Shown here: positions 27,744 to 40,366 of the stretch, piece after piece
Layout of the letters: every line of letters begins with the position of its first letter
Numbering within the stretch: the first letter of the stretch is position 1
NCBI GenBank assembly: GCA_965235115.1
Contig: OZ249438.1
Coordinates: forward strand, 22,444,001 to 22,508,000
Direction of reading: 5' to 3'
From: Laetmonice hystrix
Taxonomy: Eukaryota
DNA length: 64,000 nucleotides
Translations under genes and position numbers: made by a program
Notes under the pieces: model-generated
The model's database searches: none
The model's input: the letters and a program-made list of their open reading frames with translations, nothing else
Told to the model about the DNA's origin: nothing

Positions 27744-28188
27744 TGAAATTTTGCAAAGGTTGAAACAGTTATTTTAAACTGAATTCTGGTGCTCCTAGCC
27801 ATGAAATTTGACAAAAGTTGAAAAAGTTTGTTTCAAACTGAATTCTGGTGCTCCTCTCCATGAAATTTTGCAAAAGTTCAAACAATTTTTTCAAAAAGAA
27901 TTTGGTGCTCCTCTTCATGAAATTTAGCAAAACTTGAAACAGTTTTTCAAACTGACTTCTGGTGCTCCTCCATGAAATTTTACAAAAGCTTATTTCAAAC
28001 TGAATTCTGGTGCTCTTCCATGAAATTTTGCAAAGGTTGGAACAGATTTTTCAAACTGCATAATTCTGGTGCTCCTCTCCATGAAATTTAGCAAAAGTTG
28101 AAACAGTTTTTTCAAACTGAATTCTGGTGCTCCTCCATGAAATTTTGCAAAGGTTGAAATATTTATTTCAAGCTGAATTCTGGTGCTC
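27744..28188. repeat. Degenerate AT-rich minisatellite, ~55-62 bp unit, ~8 copies
   Basis: Recurring tttcaaactgaattctggtgctcct(ct)ccatgaaattttgcaaaagttgaaacag with many substitutions and indels. Confidence 0.92.
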
Positions 28189-31100
28189 GTCTCTCTCACT
28201 CCGTATAATCATTATGACTCATTATATCATCACTAAATAATAACTTTTTATGAGTATTCTATCGTGTAGTCTATATTATTCCTGTATAAGGCTAAAGCAT
28301 ATGTTCTCTTTCGCGAATAGCTTTCTATGCCATAAGCTCATATAAAAGTGCTACTCACCAATTTGATCTAGCTGTTGATAAATTAATGGCTAAACTAATT
28401 AGGGAAATCTCAGGTAAATGAACAAAGGACCGTAGTATGCACACACAAATCAATGCCGCCAGAGCGAACAAACACGAGAGTAAATACGGTCAAAGCGAAA
28501 TTCTAGGCGTCAGTGATTGGAGATGAAACTTAATAAAACAGTTCAGGTAGCTGACGTAAATGTGTGCCGCTTGCAGCACTCGTATAATGGTGAATGTTCT
28601 GACTATGATATACCACTGATCCATGCGTGATACAGAGGGCCAAGCCTGAACATTTCAAAAGAAGGGCTTTTGTGATATTTCAATTGACTTGAAGAATTAA
28701 TTAGTAATTCGATAGGAGATGAGAATGTCAGTGACATAATTACCTCGTAGTGGAGGTATTCGAGGAAGTTTTGTTTTAAGTGCGGGTGACAGAACGTGCT
28801 TGATCGTTAATGTGGGCCATGTTTAAACTCAAGGCTTTGCAGGATAATTGAGTTTATTTCTCAGAGACAAAGGGCAAAGCCTTTGAACTCCAGAAGATGA
28901 TATGAATGGCTAGGTGTTTGGTCGATTTAATCAACTTTGAGTTTTGCCGGAAGTGCTAATGGAGCCTGGTCCCGTCCATAACTCCAAGTATATAGAATTG
29001 GTATTACAAGGCAGTTTCTTTAATATGCTTTATATCAATTGAATGTTCAGAAACATTTTGCCCACAGTGCGGTCCAGTTGAGTCTGGCTGAGGTGCAGCA
29101 TTTCTGGCTAGGAACTAGCAGCTAGTCAAGCGCTGGCCAGTCGTTGGTATTGATATGTCTATTCTACAAAAAACTCTCAGAGAAGGCAAACCAGACGGGG
29201 ATATAACAACGGTCAAAACAGTAAATATAAGAGAACAGTTGTCTAAACTCTGAATTACCTAGACGCGGTTATATATGAACCCCCAGGGGGTGCAGGCCAT
29301 TTCATGACATAGTCTCACTACTAGAACAGACTACTGCTTTACGTACAGGTCTATGTTTATTTCCTGTTTTGTAGGACTGTCCTTGGAATACTCCATGTTA
29401 TGTATGATACACTCCTGGACAAACGTTCATTGCTCACTGCTCACTGCTCGCAACTTTCAAAGAAAGGCAGTTCAGCTGAGTCACCTATTTGTTGTCGAGA
29501 TTCGCCATGAGAGCAAAGTTTTTAACAACGATAAAACTTATTCCGAGATGTGGGTCAAATTCATTAGCAGCGATCCATCTATAGTACAACATAAAGAATT
29601 TTCAAACTGTTTTTAAACTCGAAGTTTGAGACCACGAGTTGCATTGTCGCTGGCCTGCGTGTACGACGCTATCGTCCTCGTGCCGTTTCGGCAGTGTCAT
29701 GACCATGTCCGCTTCTCAGACAAAACTTTTTATGTTAATACAAACTATTTAAAAAAAAAGTACTCGAATCCTCTAGGGGTTCTTAACCCGGCTTATAGCT
29801 ATGTGTACTTTGCATCACCGTTCAAAACCTGTCTTTCGTGTTAGTTCAAAAGCAAGTCTACAGGATTGTGTTTCAAATTGTTCTTCGGTACAATACGATT
29901 CCATGTTGGCAACAACGCCAGGCTCATGTTTCGCCCATGTGAATCATACATTAGACATGGCTGAGGACATTTTTGTTTGCTCCACGTATGAAATGCATTA
30001 GGAATACACAAGGGAACAGCGACGCTTCTGGTCGTGTTTATTGTCCGTGCACGCCTAAGTGGACCCATGGAAAATGCATCAGAAAAGTTAGTCTCGATTA
30101 TTTTTCGAGGATGCACTGTCGTGACACCATTGTCTTGGAGCGAAATGGCGGAGAGCTGTATTTTCATTCCGATGGAATGAATTTATCCATTGGAATATGT
30201 CGCAATATTGTGTGCCGCAGGCTGACGGAGGACAATAGATTAGTTTACATTTTCTCAATGTGTCAGGCTGTTTCAAGAACCTGCCAAGAACAGACCGCTC
30301 GAGAAGTTGCAAACCGCCGACACTGTCCGCCCGGATGGAGTGGTCTGACATTGAACCCACACACACTCAAGAATTTCTCCTATTATAGGAACGGTATATA
30401 ACTAAAACCCGGACTGCCTCCATGCTTCATCTACCTGCGTCATCTCCAGTGGTAATGATTCCCTAATTAGTCTTTCCCATCATACAACTTAATTAACGTT
30501 TGCTGTTTGACGTGTCCATTACTCAGCGTATGCTTATCAAGACTCCACCAACGGTCACGACGCTCCCCGGTGGTTTCACAATAGGTTTAGTATCCGAGAC
30601 AAAAATATCTTCTACGTCCGCCCTTGTCCAACGGAATGAAATTTTAAGCATCTATTAAGGCCTCAGGCCGACGGATCTATAATTCAAACAAGATGGACGT
30701 TCCACCACTCGCCAGTGTACGAGCGACTTACTGCTGTTCACAAATTTGCCTCCGGTAATGAAAACTGTCAAGTCGGATTTTTCTGGGAGAAATCCCGCGT
30801 TGATTTGTCGTCGGCTGCGCACACGAGGCCTTGTCCAGGAAACGTGGAGATTGTCCTGGACAGTTCCGGCCCGGCGCCGCCGGACAGACAACCCTGGGGT
30901 ACGGGTGGGGGTGGGATGGGGGTTGGATACGGGCTGCTAGGGCTACACTCCCTGCTGGGGGCCGAGCGGGGGCTGAGTTGGGCTGGGGAAGGCCATATTT
31001 CAGGGGGACTAATTCTGCATCAACCCGACTCCAGCACCATGGTACTTTAGTACCGATCACTGCACCGTAGAAAAAGTCGATACACGAGTTCAGGAATATG

Positions 31101-31669
31101 ATAAGAAGCTTTGTCCGCCATGATGAAATTTTAAAATCTTGATATATTATGTAGAGTCGTACGACATAATTGAGTCGGCGTGGAACCAACCCCCTCCCTC
31201 CTCCTTCTACTCCTTCCCATCACGGTGACATCGCTGGAATGATGGTGACGACTACAATGGGCTTAGGTATGACAGAAAATATCAGAGGACTATTGTGTAT
31301 ACCTGAACCGTAACTGCCACTTTTCACAATCATCACCATATGATGAAACACAAGGATATATACAGTCACCCACCTCAAACACATAACTCCTATCTTTCAA
31401 TATTATATAGGCAGAAAACAGGTATCTGTTGATTGTACAAAGAATTATGGATGTAAAAATGGTCTAGTGCAAACCGTTACCGATCTGGGTGTTCGATGTG
31501 AATATCTCCCCTGTCATATAGATTAACTCACCCAGGGACGGACTACTTATGGTAGGCAATACAATTTTTGACACATTTGTTGTAATTGAATCAGATGATG
31601 TCATACATAATTAAGATGATATGCTGCACGTATGTCTGCATCGGCCTCCCTCGATACGCTGTCGTTCCC

Positions 31670-31683
31670 ATTGCCATAGCAAC
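31670..31683. promoter_or_regulatory. RFX X-box-like palindrome ATTGCCATAGCAAC
   Basis: One mismatch from GTTGCCATAGCAAC; motif match only. Confidence 0.25.
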
Positions 31684-32037
31684 CAGCAGTTTACGTAAAA
31701 TAAATCACTTGTGATGAAAAAAGGGGGCGCCTTCTGCTATACACGAGCTATAACAGGAAGGTATACCGAGCTAGGAGTATATACTTCATAGGATACAGAC
31801 GTCTTCGGGTATAGCGGTTGTGGGAGACAATGGATCCGGGGTAAAGTTTGCAGGGATCAAGCCAGGTCAGACGGTTGGAACATATACCTGCACGCATACC
31901 TACAGACATATAAACGTCCTGACTGGTGGTGTACCGGTCGGGGTCAAGATCAGGATGTAAGGGACGTGGGAGCCGGCTGTGAGTATTGTCACCAGAGACA
32001 GCAGTGAGGGGACGTGCATACACTGCGGACAGGGAGA

Positions 32038-32117
32038 AGGAGGAGGAGGAGGAGGAGGAGGAGGAGGAGGAGGAGGATCAGCAGCAGCAGCAGCAGCAGC
32101 AGCAGGAGGAGGAGGAG
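32038..32117. repeat. Compound trinucleotide microsatellite (AGG)13-(CAG)9-(GAG)4
   Basis: Seen directly; lies inside a GC-rich island at ~31980-32520. Confidence 0.95.
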
Positions 32118-35100
32118 AGTATACCGGCAGCAGGGACGGAGCGGTCGATACCCGGGGGCCACACCCTGTGACCGGGGGTCGGGCCCCTGCCGACAGCCAG
32201 CCGCCGACAGCCACCCGACCCGACCCCCGGCCGGCAGCTTCCCCGGGGGACGTACCCGTGTCAGCCCGGGGTCTCCGCTCGAGGTCAGCCCACCGCTGTA
32301 TACCTTACCAACCCCCACCGCCACCCTCCGACCACCGCCACCACCAACCACCACCACTCCGGGGCACCACGGGGGGGGGGGGGGGTACGTAAAGACCCGA
32401 CAATCCCGAATAACATAGAGGATACAATGTCATCCTGGAAGGGATTGACTTGCCAATGTTTCTAAATTTATTTGACACGCGGATCCGGAGGGTAGGACGA
32501 GCGGGCATGCTGCCGGAGAGGACCCTCCCCCTACCACCCCCACCCCTCCCACCTACCCACCCCCATCCAGTGTTACACCCCTGCCATCAGTAGGTGTGTC
32601 CACCCTATCCAGGGTGCGGGGTGGTACCTTCCATATTTTACGTCATCTCTTTTGACAACTCAAAATCTGCCTTGGGCGGTACTCGCTATCTACACGGTGA
32701 GGGATTCAATATGGTACGTGATGAAGGGGAATTAAAACTTTTTCGGATAAAAACGCCAGCATTCCACCATTGTCACCGAGCTCCTTTGTAGGATCTGTGC
32801 GAGGAGTCGCGCCATTGTAGCCTTACTGGAACATTAAAGTGCACTCAGAGATTAAGCTAAAAAGTTCGGGTGCTGTCAAAGGAATCCTTTCCATATTTGT
32901 GTTTTAAATTTCAAGGCATTGAATTCCGTAATGATGTCGATATCAAGAGAATGCTCAGGGGATAGGGTGTTGACGTTTGTAGGCGAAGAACCCCGCTCGT
33001 GGCATAGCCATAAAGTTAATACATCAGAAATGGAATTTTAAAGACGCCGAGTGTGGCGATTAGCATGTATCTCACTAATGTGGAATGAAGGTGGCTCGGG
33101 TTGGCGAAGATTTCTAACGCATGTAGCCATCTAATTAAAATTCAAACGCAGAGCTAAGCCGATCAGACGGACGGCCATAGTGAAACCGCGGCAATGGTAT
33201 CGACGTATGTATCATAGGACAGAGAGAGGGAGAGAGGCGGAGAGAAGGGGAGAGAGAGAGGGGCTTGTCACCGTATACACTAAGTGTTTCCCCGCTCGTC
33301 TCATACGTCGTCATCCGCCATCACGGGCATTAAGTACTTCAGAGTCTGAAAAAGTAGTTCCTTTGTAATTCTGCGGGGTAATGAGAGCTGATTTAAGGGA
33401 GTATCGTGCCGAACACGTGCTGAACGATGGCTTCAGTGGAAAGCCGGGGGCCACTCGAGTCGGCGACAGCTCCACATATCATCACTTACACGGGTTAGAC
33501 GGTCTTATGTGGTCTTCCAATGACAAGGTTTTCAAAAAATTCTTGCACAATCCTCAGCATTGGGATATATTTCCATAAAATCTATTCTGATCCATCTCAC
33601 TCCCGTTTTTTTTTTCTATAAAACAGGCGAGACTGTGACAATAGAAAGAATGACACAAGCGAATACAGGGGTGACCTTTCTGAAACCATACCTCTGTACA
33701 ATAACTAATACATCTTTGTGAACGCCGTGTAGGGTGAAGTTTTGATTTGTTACGATCGGTTGAAGTATACTGAGATGTACGCCGGAGTGACTGGGGTATA
33801 AACACCAGGCAGAGAGACCGTAGGACAGGGTCAGGCAGCCCAACCAAGACCGGGCTTACGGCCGGCCGCAATATATCACTCCATGCTGCCCGTCCATCCA
33901 TACATAAAGCTTTGGCCGACTTAGGGTACTCTAAGTTATTGTATTTGTGATCGGTGAAGCCAAGGCCAGGCGACTTACACGGCCAGCCACTGTATCTGGA
34001 TGGGCCGAGGAGGCGCTAACAGAGGCCCGGGATCAGCCTTGGCACGAGATGAAGAATCGCGCTGTCTGACTATACGCGCCAAAGATCACCGCTTGCAGAT
34101 GGCGACTTGAGCCCAACACGACTTAGTTACATTACACCGGCAGATATCTTTCTGTCAGCAGGTCGCAGGGATTACGCAGCACCTGAGAAATATGGCTGTC
34201 TAAGGCAGCGTAAGCGTCTCAGGTAGCCGAGGTGGGGCGCAGGGGCCAGGGCCGGGCGATTGGCGCTGTAATAGGGGGCCGAGCTGACGTCCTGATGTAC
34301 GAGCGCCGGGGCCCGTGTGATATGGCCGCGCCATCGGGCCCCGCATCCATCACCGGTCGGCGGCGGTAGTGGCGGCGCTCGTTGGTGCTGATTTATGTTT
34401 GCCTGGCCGCCCGCTGGCCAGTCGACGCTCGGGACGGCCCGGCCGGCCGGCCAGCCGGACCCGACCGACCGGCGACCGGCCGGCCGGCCATCGCTGCCGG
34501 TCGAAACTCTGCATGGAGTCGGAATACGGTGGGGGAAGACATGGGTGAGATACCGGGGGCCACACGCATTGAAAACAGCACGCAAAGTGGAAACTCCAGA
34601 TATGCATGAACACTTTACGTCTGGAAGGCGTACACACGCGGAGAACAAACCCAAATCGATAAAATTGTTGGAGGAAATAGGGCGAACGTCTCATTAGTAC
34701 GACTCGTGAGCACAATAAAAGACAACAAACGATGTGTCAAAGAACGAGTTAACCTATTGAGTAATATAGAATGATAAACTACAACTGGAAAAAATGTGGT
34801 TAAATGAGGACTATAATGTTACTCAATCAATCGTAACTGAGCTTGATATTGAGCAGAGAATATTTTAATGAAATACATTGTATAGTATGTATATATACGT
34901 GTATGTACATGACATTTAAAACGTTCTGTACGATATACACGTACATTTATGACATATGGCCTACATGACGCAAATCCATGCATTATCATATATAACACAT
35001 GTTATATATATTACATATATGTTTACTATGTTCTATATTCACTATGCATGAACATTAGGGAACATATAGATATTCGACATGTATATTACAATGTATTGTG

Positions 35101-38100
35101 TATGCAAGTTGTACAGCGTAGGCCCTTTCAACCATTGAGAATCACAGGACAAAACGTATGTCACTGCTATAGAGAAGCAACGGAACACCGCTTTCACTGC
35201 TTCACTCCTATCAGACTTTGATACTCGGAAATCTTCTGTAAGCCAATTAGAATCAAAACTTGTACTGAGTAAATTATGGCATATTATAACACCATCATAT
35301 ATATCAATTTAATAGTCACCAGAAGGTATATACAGGAGACACTGACTCTATTACATCTCTATGGCTGTGTCGTGCTATCTGTTTCCAATCAACGATGCGA
35401 CCATGCACGTATAGATAAGAGGCGGCAGAGCTATATGAGATCTGCCGAGGAGACTCTGCCTTCATCGGAAACAAAAGATCATGCTCTACATACCCCAACC
35501 AACCCTCGTCACACAAACACTGGATTCCGGTGGTACAAGAATACGTGCTGACGTCGAACAATGATTTTCTGAACGTCTACATGGACTCGATGTGATATGT
35601 TGTCGGTTGACGAAACATCTTGGGGAAAGGTTCAGTATCGGTCACTTGGACTCTTCGTGTTTACTGCAGTATCTTTTTATACTGTATCATCTCGTATCTT
35701 TGTAATATATCACGTATAGATTCCCTTCATCAAAGATGGCGGTATTTTAGGAGGGTATATATAGGAAGAAAGAAGAGGTAATATATTTGTTATATCATTA
35801 AGATGTGATCGTTTATAAGTAGACGTGCATGCACGTTTTGAAGTATATACGTTCATGTGTGTATTGTACATATGGGTCTTTGTGTGTGAAGTACGCATAC
35901 ATAATATACATTCTGCATGAATGTGTAAAACTCAATCACAGCCTGACTTGGATTGTTTATGTCCTACATACATATATAATATAGTTAACATCGTATATAG
36001 GGATTCGTGCAAACATACCGAGAGTTACCTAATGATATATCCGCAGATATCCTCAAGTAACGTGTAAACGTATCGTTCCTATAGAACGCGGCAGTGAAGC
36101 TCGGAAATTTCATTTTAAGCGTGCTGTGCATGGAAGCGACTCGCGTGCAATATGAACCGCCAGCTATCTGACCCCCCCCCCCAATCCTCCCATTGGTATT
36201 GCATTGGTTTCAGCGGTACCTTAGGATTAAACAACTGAACATCATATTCCGAAGCATCAGCACTTAATCCTAAGGATGCGTGCTCGATGCTAGATGAGAA
36301 ACCGAAATTGAATAATTCATATTCGTGTTACGATCACTCGGACTGGCCCGGATGGTTCCGTGTGCCTTTCACATTGTTCTTCATATAGGAATTCAGTTTG
36401 CGTGCAGAACCATTTAAATATCGTATTTCTTACGGATCAAAAAGTCATGATGAAAACAGCGCGCCCACTCCGACCTTTGTTCATTTCAGTCGGTCTCTAA
36501 ACGCTTTGTTTAACACGGTCTTCTGTCGTAAACAAAAGGTGGGCAGATCCCCACTTATGTAAGCCCCTGTGGTAAACTGCAGGTGATGCACCTTATACGT
36601 TCAGATAACGTCTTGTATGCTATACCAGTCATGCAATATATACGCTATACCTGCATATAAAGACTTTGATGGCTATAGATGACATTGTTTGGTGGATTTC
36701 CTCACCGCTAAGCCGGTTGAAGTGGCGTTATGTGTTTATCGCGATGTGTATCTAGTAAGTATGATTAGGCGTCTGCTGTACTGTGTACCATAATGTACAT
36801 GCACTTTCGCGTATTCCCAAAACGCGCACGCTGGTGCCAAACGATTTTTGTCTCTTTGGAATGTACTGCACCTTAAAGTTGATAGAAAGCGGACATAAAG
36901 CATGCAATCATGTTCTGGTGAAGTTGGTGTGCCACTTCTCTCCCAACGGAAGGTGAACTCAAGCACCCTCCCATGTCTTTCATTTATATATCTATACCTA
37001 ACAATAAGGTAAGATATGTGAGGGCTTCTCCCTAGCATACAGTGTATACCACTGAGTGCCAATCGAACAGCAGCGCACACGGGTCCTTCACTTGGCTGCC
37101 ACTGGAGGTCGTCTTTCTCTGTCTCACAATGACCGGCCCCTCACACTGGGCGCCTCGCTAACTTCTCTTAAAGTTTACACAGTAAATGTGGGCGTGAAAC
37201 TTGCATGAGACACGTGCTGAGAGTGGATGGAACTTTTTTGTCCTTTCTGTGGCTTGTTACCTGTGGGGCAATTACACCTCGATTGAAATGAGTCGCCGAG
37301 GTTGGAATGTTTAGGGTAAACCGAGTTAAATCAAGCAGCATGGCAGTTATGCGATTGTTGTTGTTATTGGTGGGTTATTAAATTTTGAGGGCAAGCATGG
37401 CCGACCCCCTCGGTCGATCGGTCACGAACGGTTGTGACAGGTGCGGACTCGGAGACTCGGGTCCGTGGCCTCTCAAGACCCCTAAAACATTTTCAAGTTT
37501 GAGACGTGCATAATGACACGCATGCGTGCACGCACATGCTAGTCGTGCCGACCGAATGACCCGGCGAGCCAGGCCAAACAGGTGAAGCGGTGGCAAGGCA
37601 CGCCGCTCGGGCAGGGTGCGGGGGGGGGGGGTAACCCACCTGTGAGACGACAATGGCCACCAAGCATGGCGCTTCTAGGAAGAATTGAACGCAAGGGATT
37701 GTGGGCCAGCTACAATGTCTGTTTGTGTCCGTTTGTATTGTATACTGTCTGTAAAATGCCAGCCTCACCGCGTACGTCCGGTCGGTCTGTGATACTGTGT
37801 TTATGTGTGAACGTGCGCGTACATGTACAGTATATGTCTGCAAGTGTATATACAGAGATTCATTTCAATATTGGTCGAGGGACCAGTCTTTTATATGGTT
37901 CAATGTGGTGAATCCTTTCAGGTTTGTGTTTATAAGACAGATCTTAACATTTCAATGAAAGTTGGCAAGACATTTAGATCACAGAGCTGTGTGAAGTATA
38001 CTCAATCACTCGCTATGTCCGAAGGGAACAGAAATATCGGCAATACACGTACTAATATATCGCACTGATGCTATGACATTGTATTTCCAGGTCCAGTTTC

Positions 38101-40366
38101 TTTCTAACCACAGTGAATTAGACTATGCCTCTCCGAATCTCACTTCATGTACAGGTTTGAGGTATTTCGCACATCTTCTCCAATAATTCCAACTCCTATA
38201 TATAGGTCATCTTGATTTCATCATCCTTGCTATTGCCTGACTACGAAATCCTATAAGAAATGGATTATAAATGTTTCAAGAAGTAGCCAAGTGGTGAGTC
38301 ATGGGCTTTATGTAACTGGGTAATAAGCAAAGATGGTCAAAGGAGATGGTTCACATAGCAACCAGTGGTAAACTCCCCAATGCCGTGTTTGATATAGTAA
38401 ATCTGCATATTGCAATTCCATACAAAGTATCACTTTGATTCCCTTATGCCCCCTCTTATACATACAGACCAACGTGGCTGTAAAGTCAACCCATTGCTAT
38501 TTCAAACCAGTTTAGATTATTTTTATATAGGCGAAAGTAAGAGGTTGTAGGCGCAAATATACGTACATACTTTAGCTATATAGATTACGTATAGTTAACA
38601 TGTTGAGAACCATCGCGTGAGACCAATTTACGGTATAGGCGGAAATGCGCTGAGGCAAGCAGTAGCCAACATGGCAATTGTAGAGACAAGGGGAAAAATC
38701 TATGCCTAAGGTTGTTAATTTAGAATGTCATCCATTAGTGGTGTCTTCAAATCGAATTACCACAGTAAGAAAGAAACGTCGAGGTCAGGTGGGCATTTGC
38801 ATATGGAAGACGCTGCTTGGTGACGACAACGACTTTCTACGTCCTCGTCAATTTATGCAGAGATCCGGAGAGACTACATAAGATAACCACGTATATAATA
38901 CAATGGAATACAGCTAACATGTATAACACTATGTGTCCCAGTAGTGTGTATCCCTGACAGTTATTTAGCAACAACCGATCATCAAGGAGCTTCCCATATC
39001 AGAGGTTTACGTATATCCTATATTCTGATAAAATTATCATATAATCATCAATATACTGATGATTTAAAAATCATTATCTCTTATTTCTGATTGTTCCTTA
39101 CGATAGACACTGCTTTAGTACAGATGGGGTATGGCACTAGAAAATGGCGAGTTAGAACCACTTTTAAAGTCATTACAGTAGCTGTACATTTTTATTTATT
39201 TGAGAAATGAGTTTGGTTGGTTATCACAAACATATCACACGGGCTCCAGACAAGCTGGGTTATATAAGGCTCCCCTGACAAAGACATCTTTACGATACCC
39301 CCTCCCCCTCCCCCGCTGATCACAACCTCCCCCCACGCCTCCCGATGGCCTCCCAGCCGAGCCTCCCAACCACGGGTCTCCAATCTAATGATTTTTTTTT
39401 TACTTGTTAGTCATCCGCTCATCAAAGAAACTCCTCAAAAATCGCCGTGCTTTTTATGGACAACAGAATGGCCACTGTAAACGGCTTGCTTAAGCGAAAG
39501 CACTCAGCAAGGAAAGACGGGGGGACATGCAACAAGGACGAGCTCGAACTGCTACAGCCAAGTGAACACACCACACGGCGGAAGCTGGGTTTGAGGGGGA
39601 TGCGCGCACACACACGCGCATGCATGTCCCTCGCGAGTAACCCCGAGGTCATACGAGATTAAAGACGCGTTGATGTATCCGGGTACCTGGGAATCCAGGA
39701 CGCAGCTGCCCGACGGTCGGGCGCTGCAGAAAAAAAAATGATGTCGGCTTACATCAGTAGAGGAGGGGTGCAGGGCTGGAGATGGTGAGGTGTGAAAACT
39801 CCAAGACCCGAGCCAAGGATCAAACCCACGGAAAAACAATAAAACGATAAAAAGGGGGATGGTACAATTTACCAAACTTCTTATAGCACACCATAATGGA
39901 GATTGAAACGATGACTGCTCTTATTTCATTCCTCAGAGATTCCAACGTTAGATGTTATCAACATAACACGTGACCTTCACGACGGAACGTCAGGCGTACC
40001 CTCTCCTATAGGTGGCGCCACATGTTCTCTGGCCACCAGATAAAAGAAAGTGGGCGTGATATGGCCGGTCTACTGGTGGACACTAATCAGTCATACTTGT
40101 ATTGTTACCAACGGGGGGACACTGATGATGATAGGTCGTGTATCATCCGTCAACAGACATGGTCACAGTGACGGTTGATATATCATCCAACAATTGTCGT
40201 CACCCCAACATGCAATGACCACCTGATTTCTACCACTCATGAGGAGAACGTGGAGGAGGAGGAGGTGGAGGAGGAGGAGGAGGAAGATGAGTAGTAACAG
40301 GGAGTGTTATCTCAATGACTCCATGTTAGAGGTCGATTATATAAAACCCTTTATCCGCCTGTTTCC

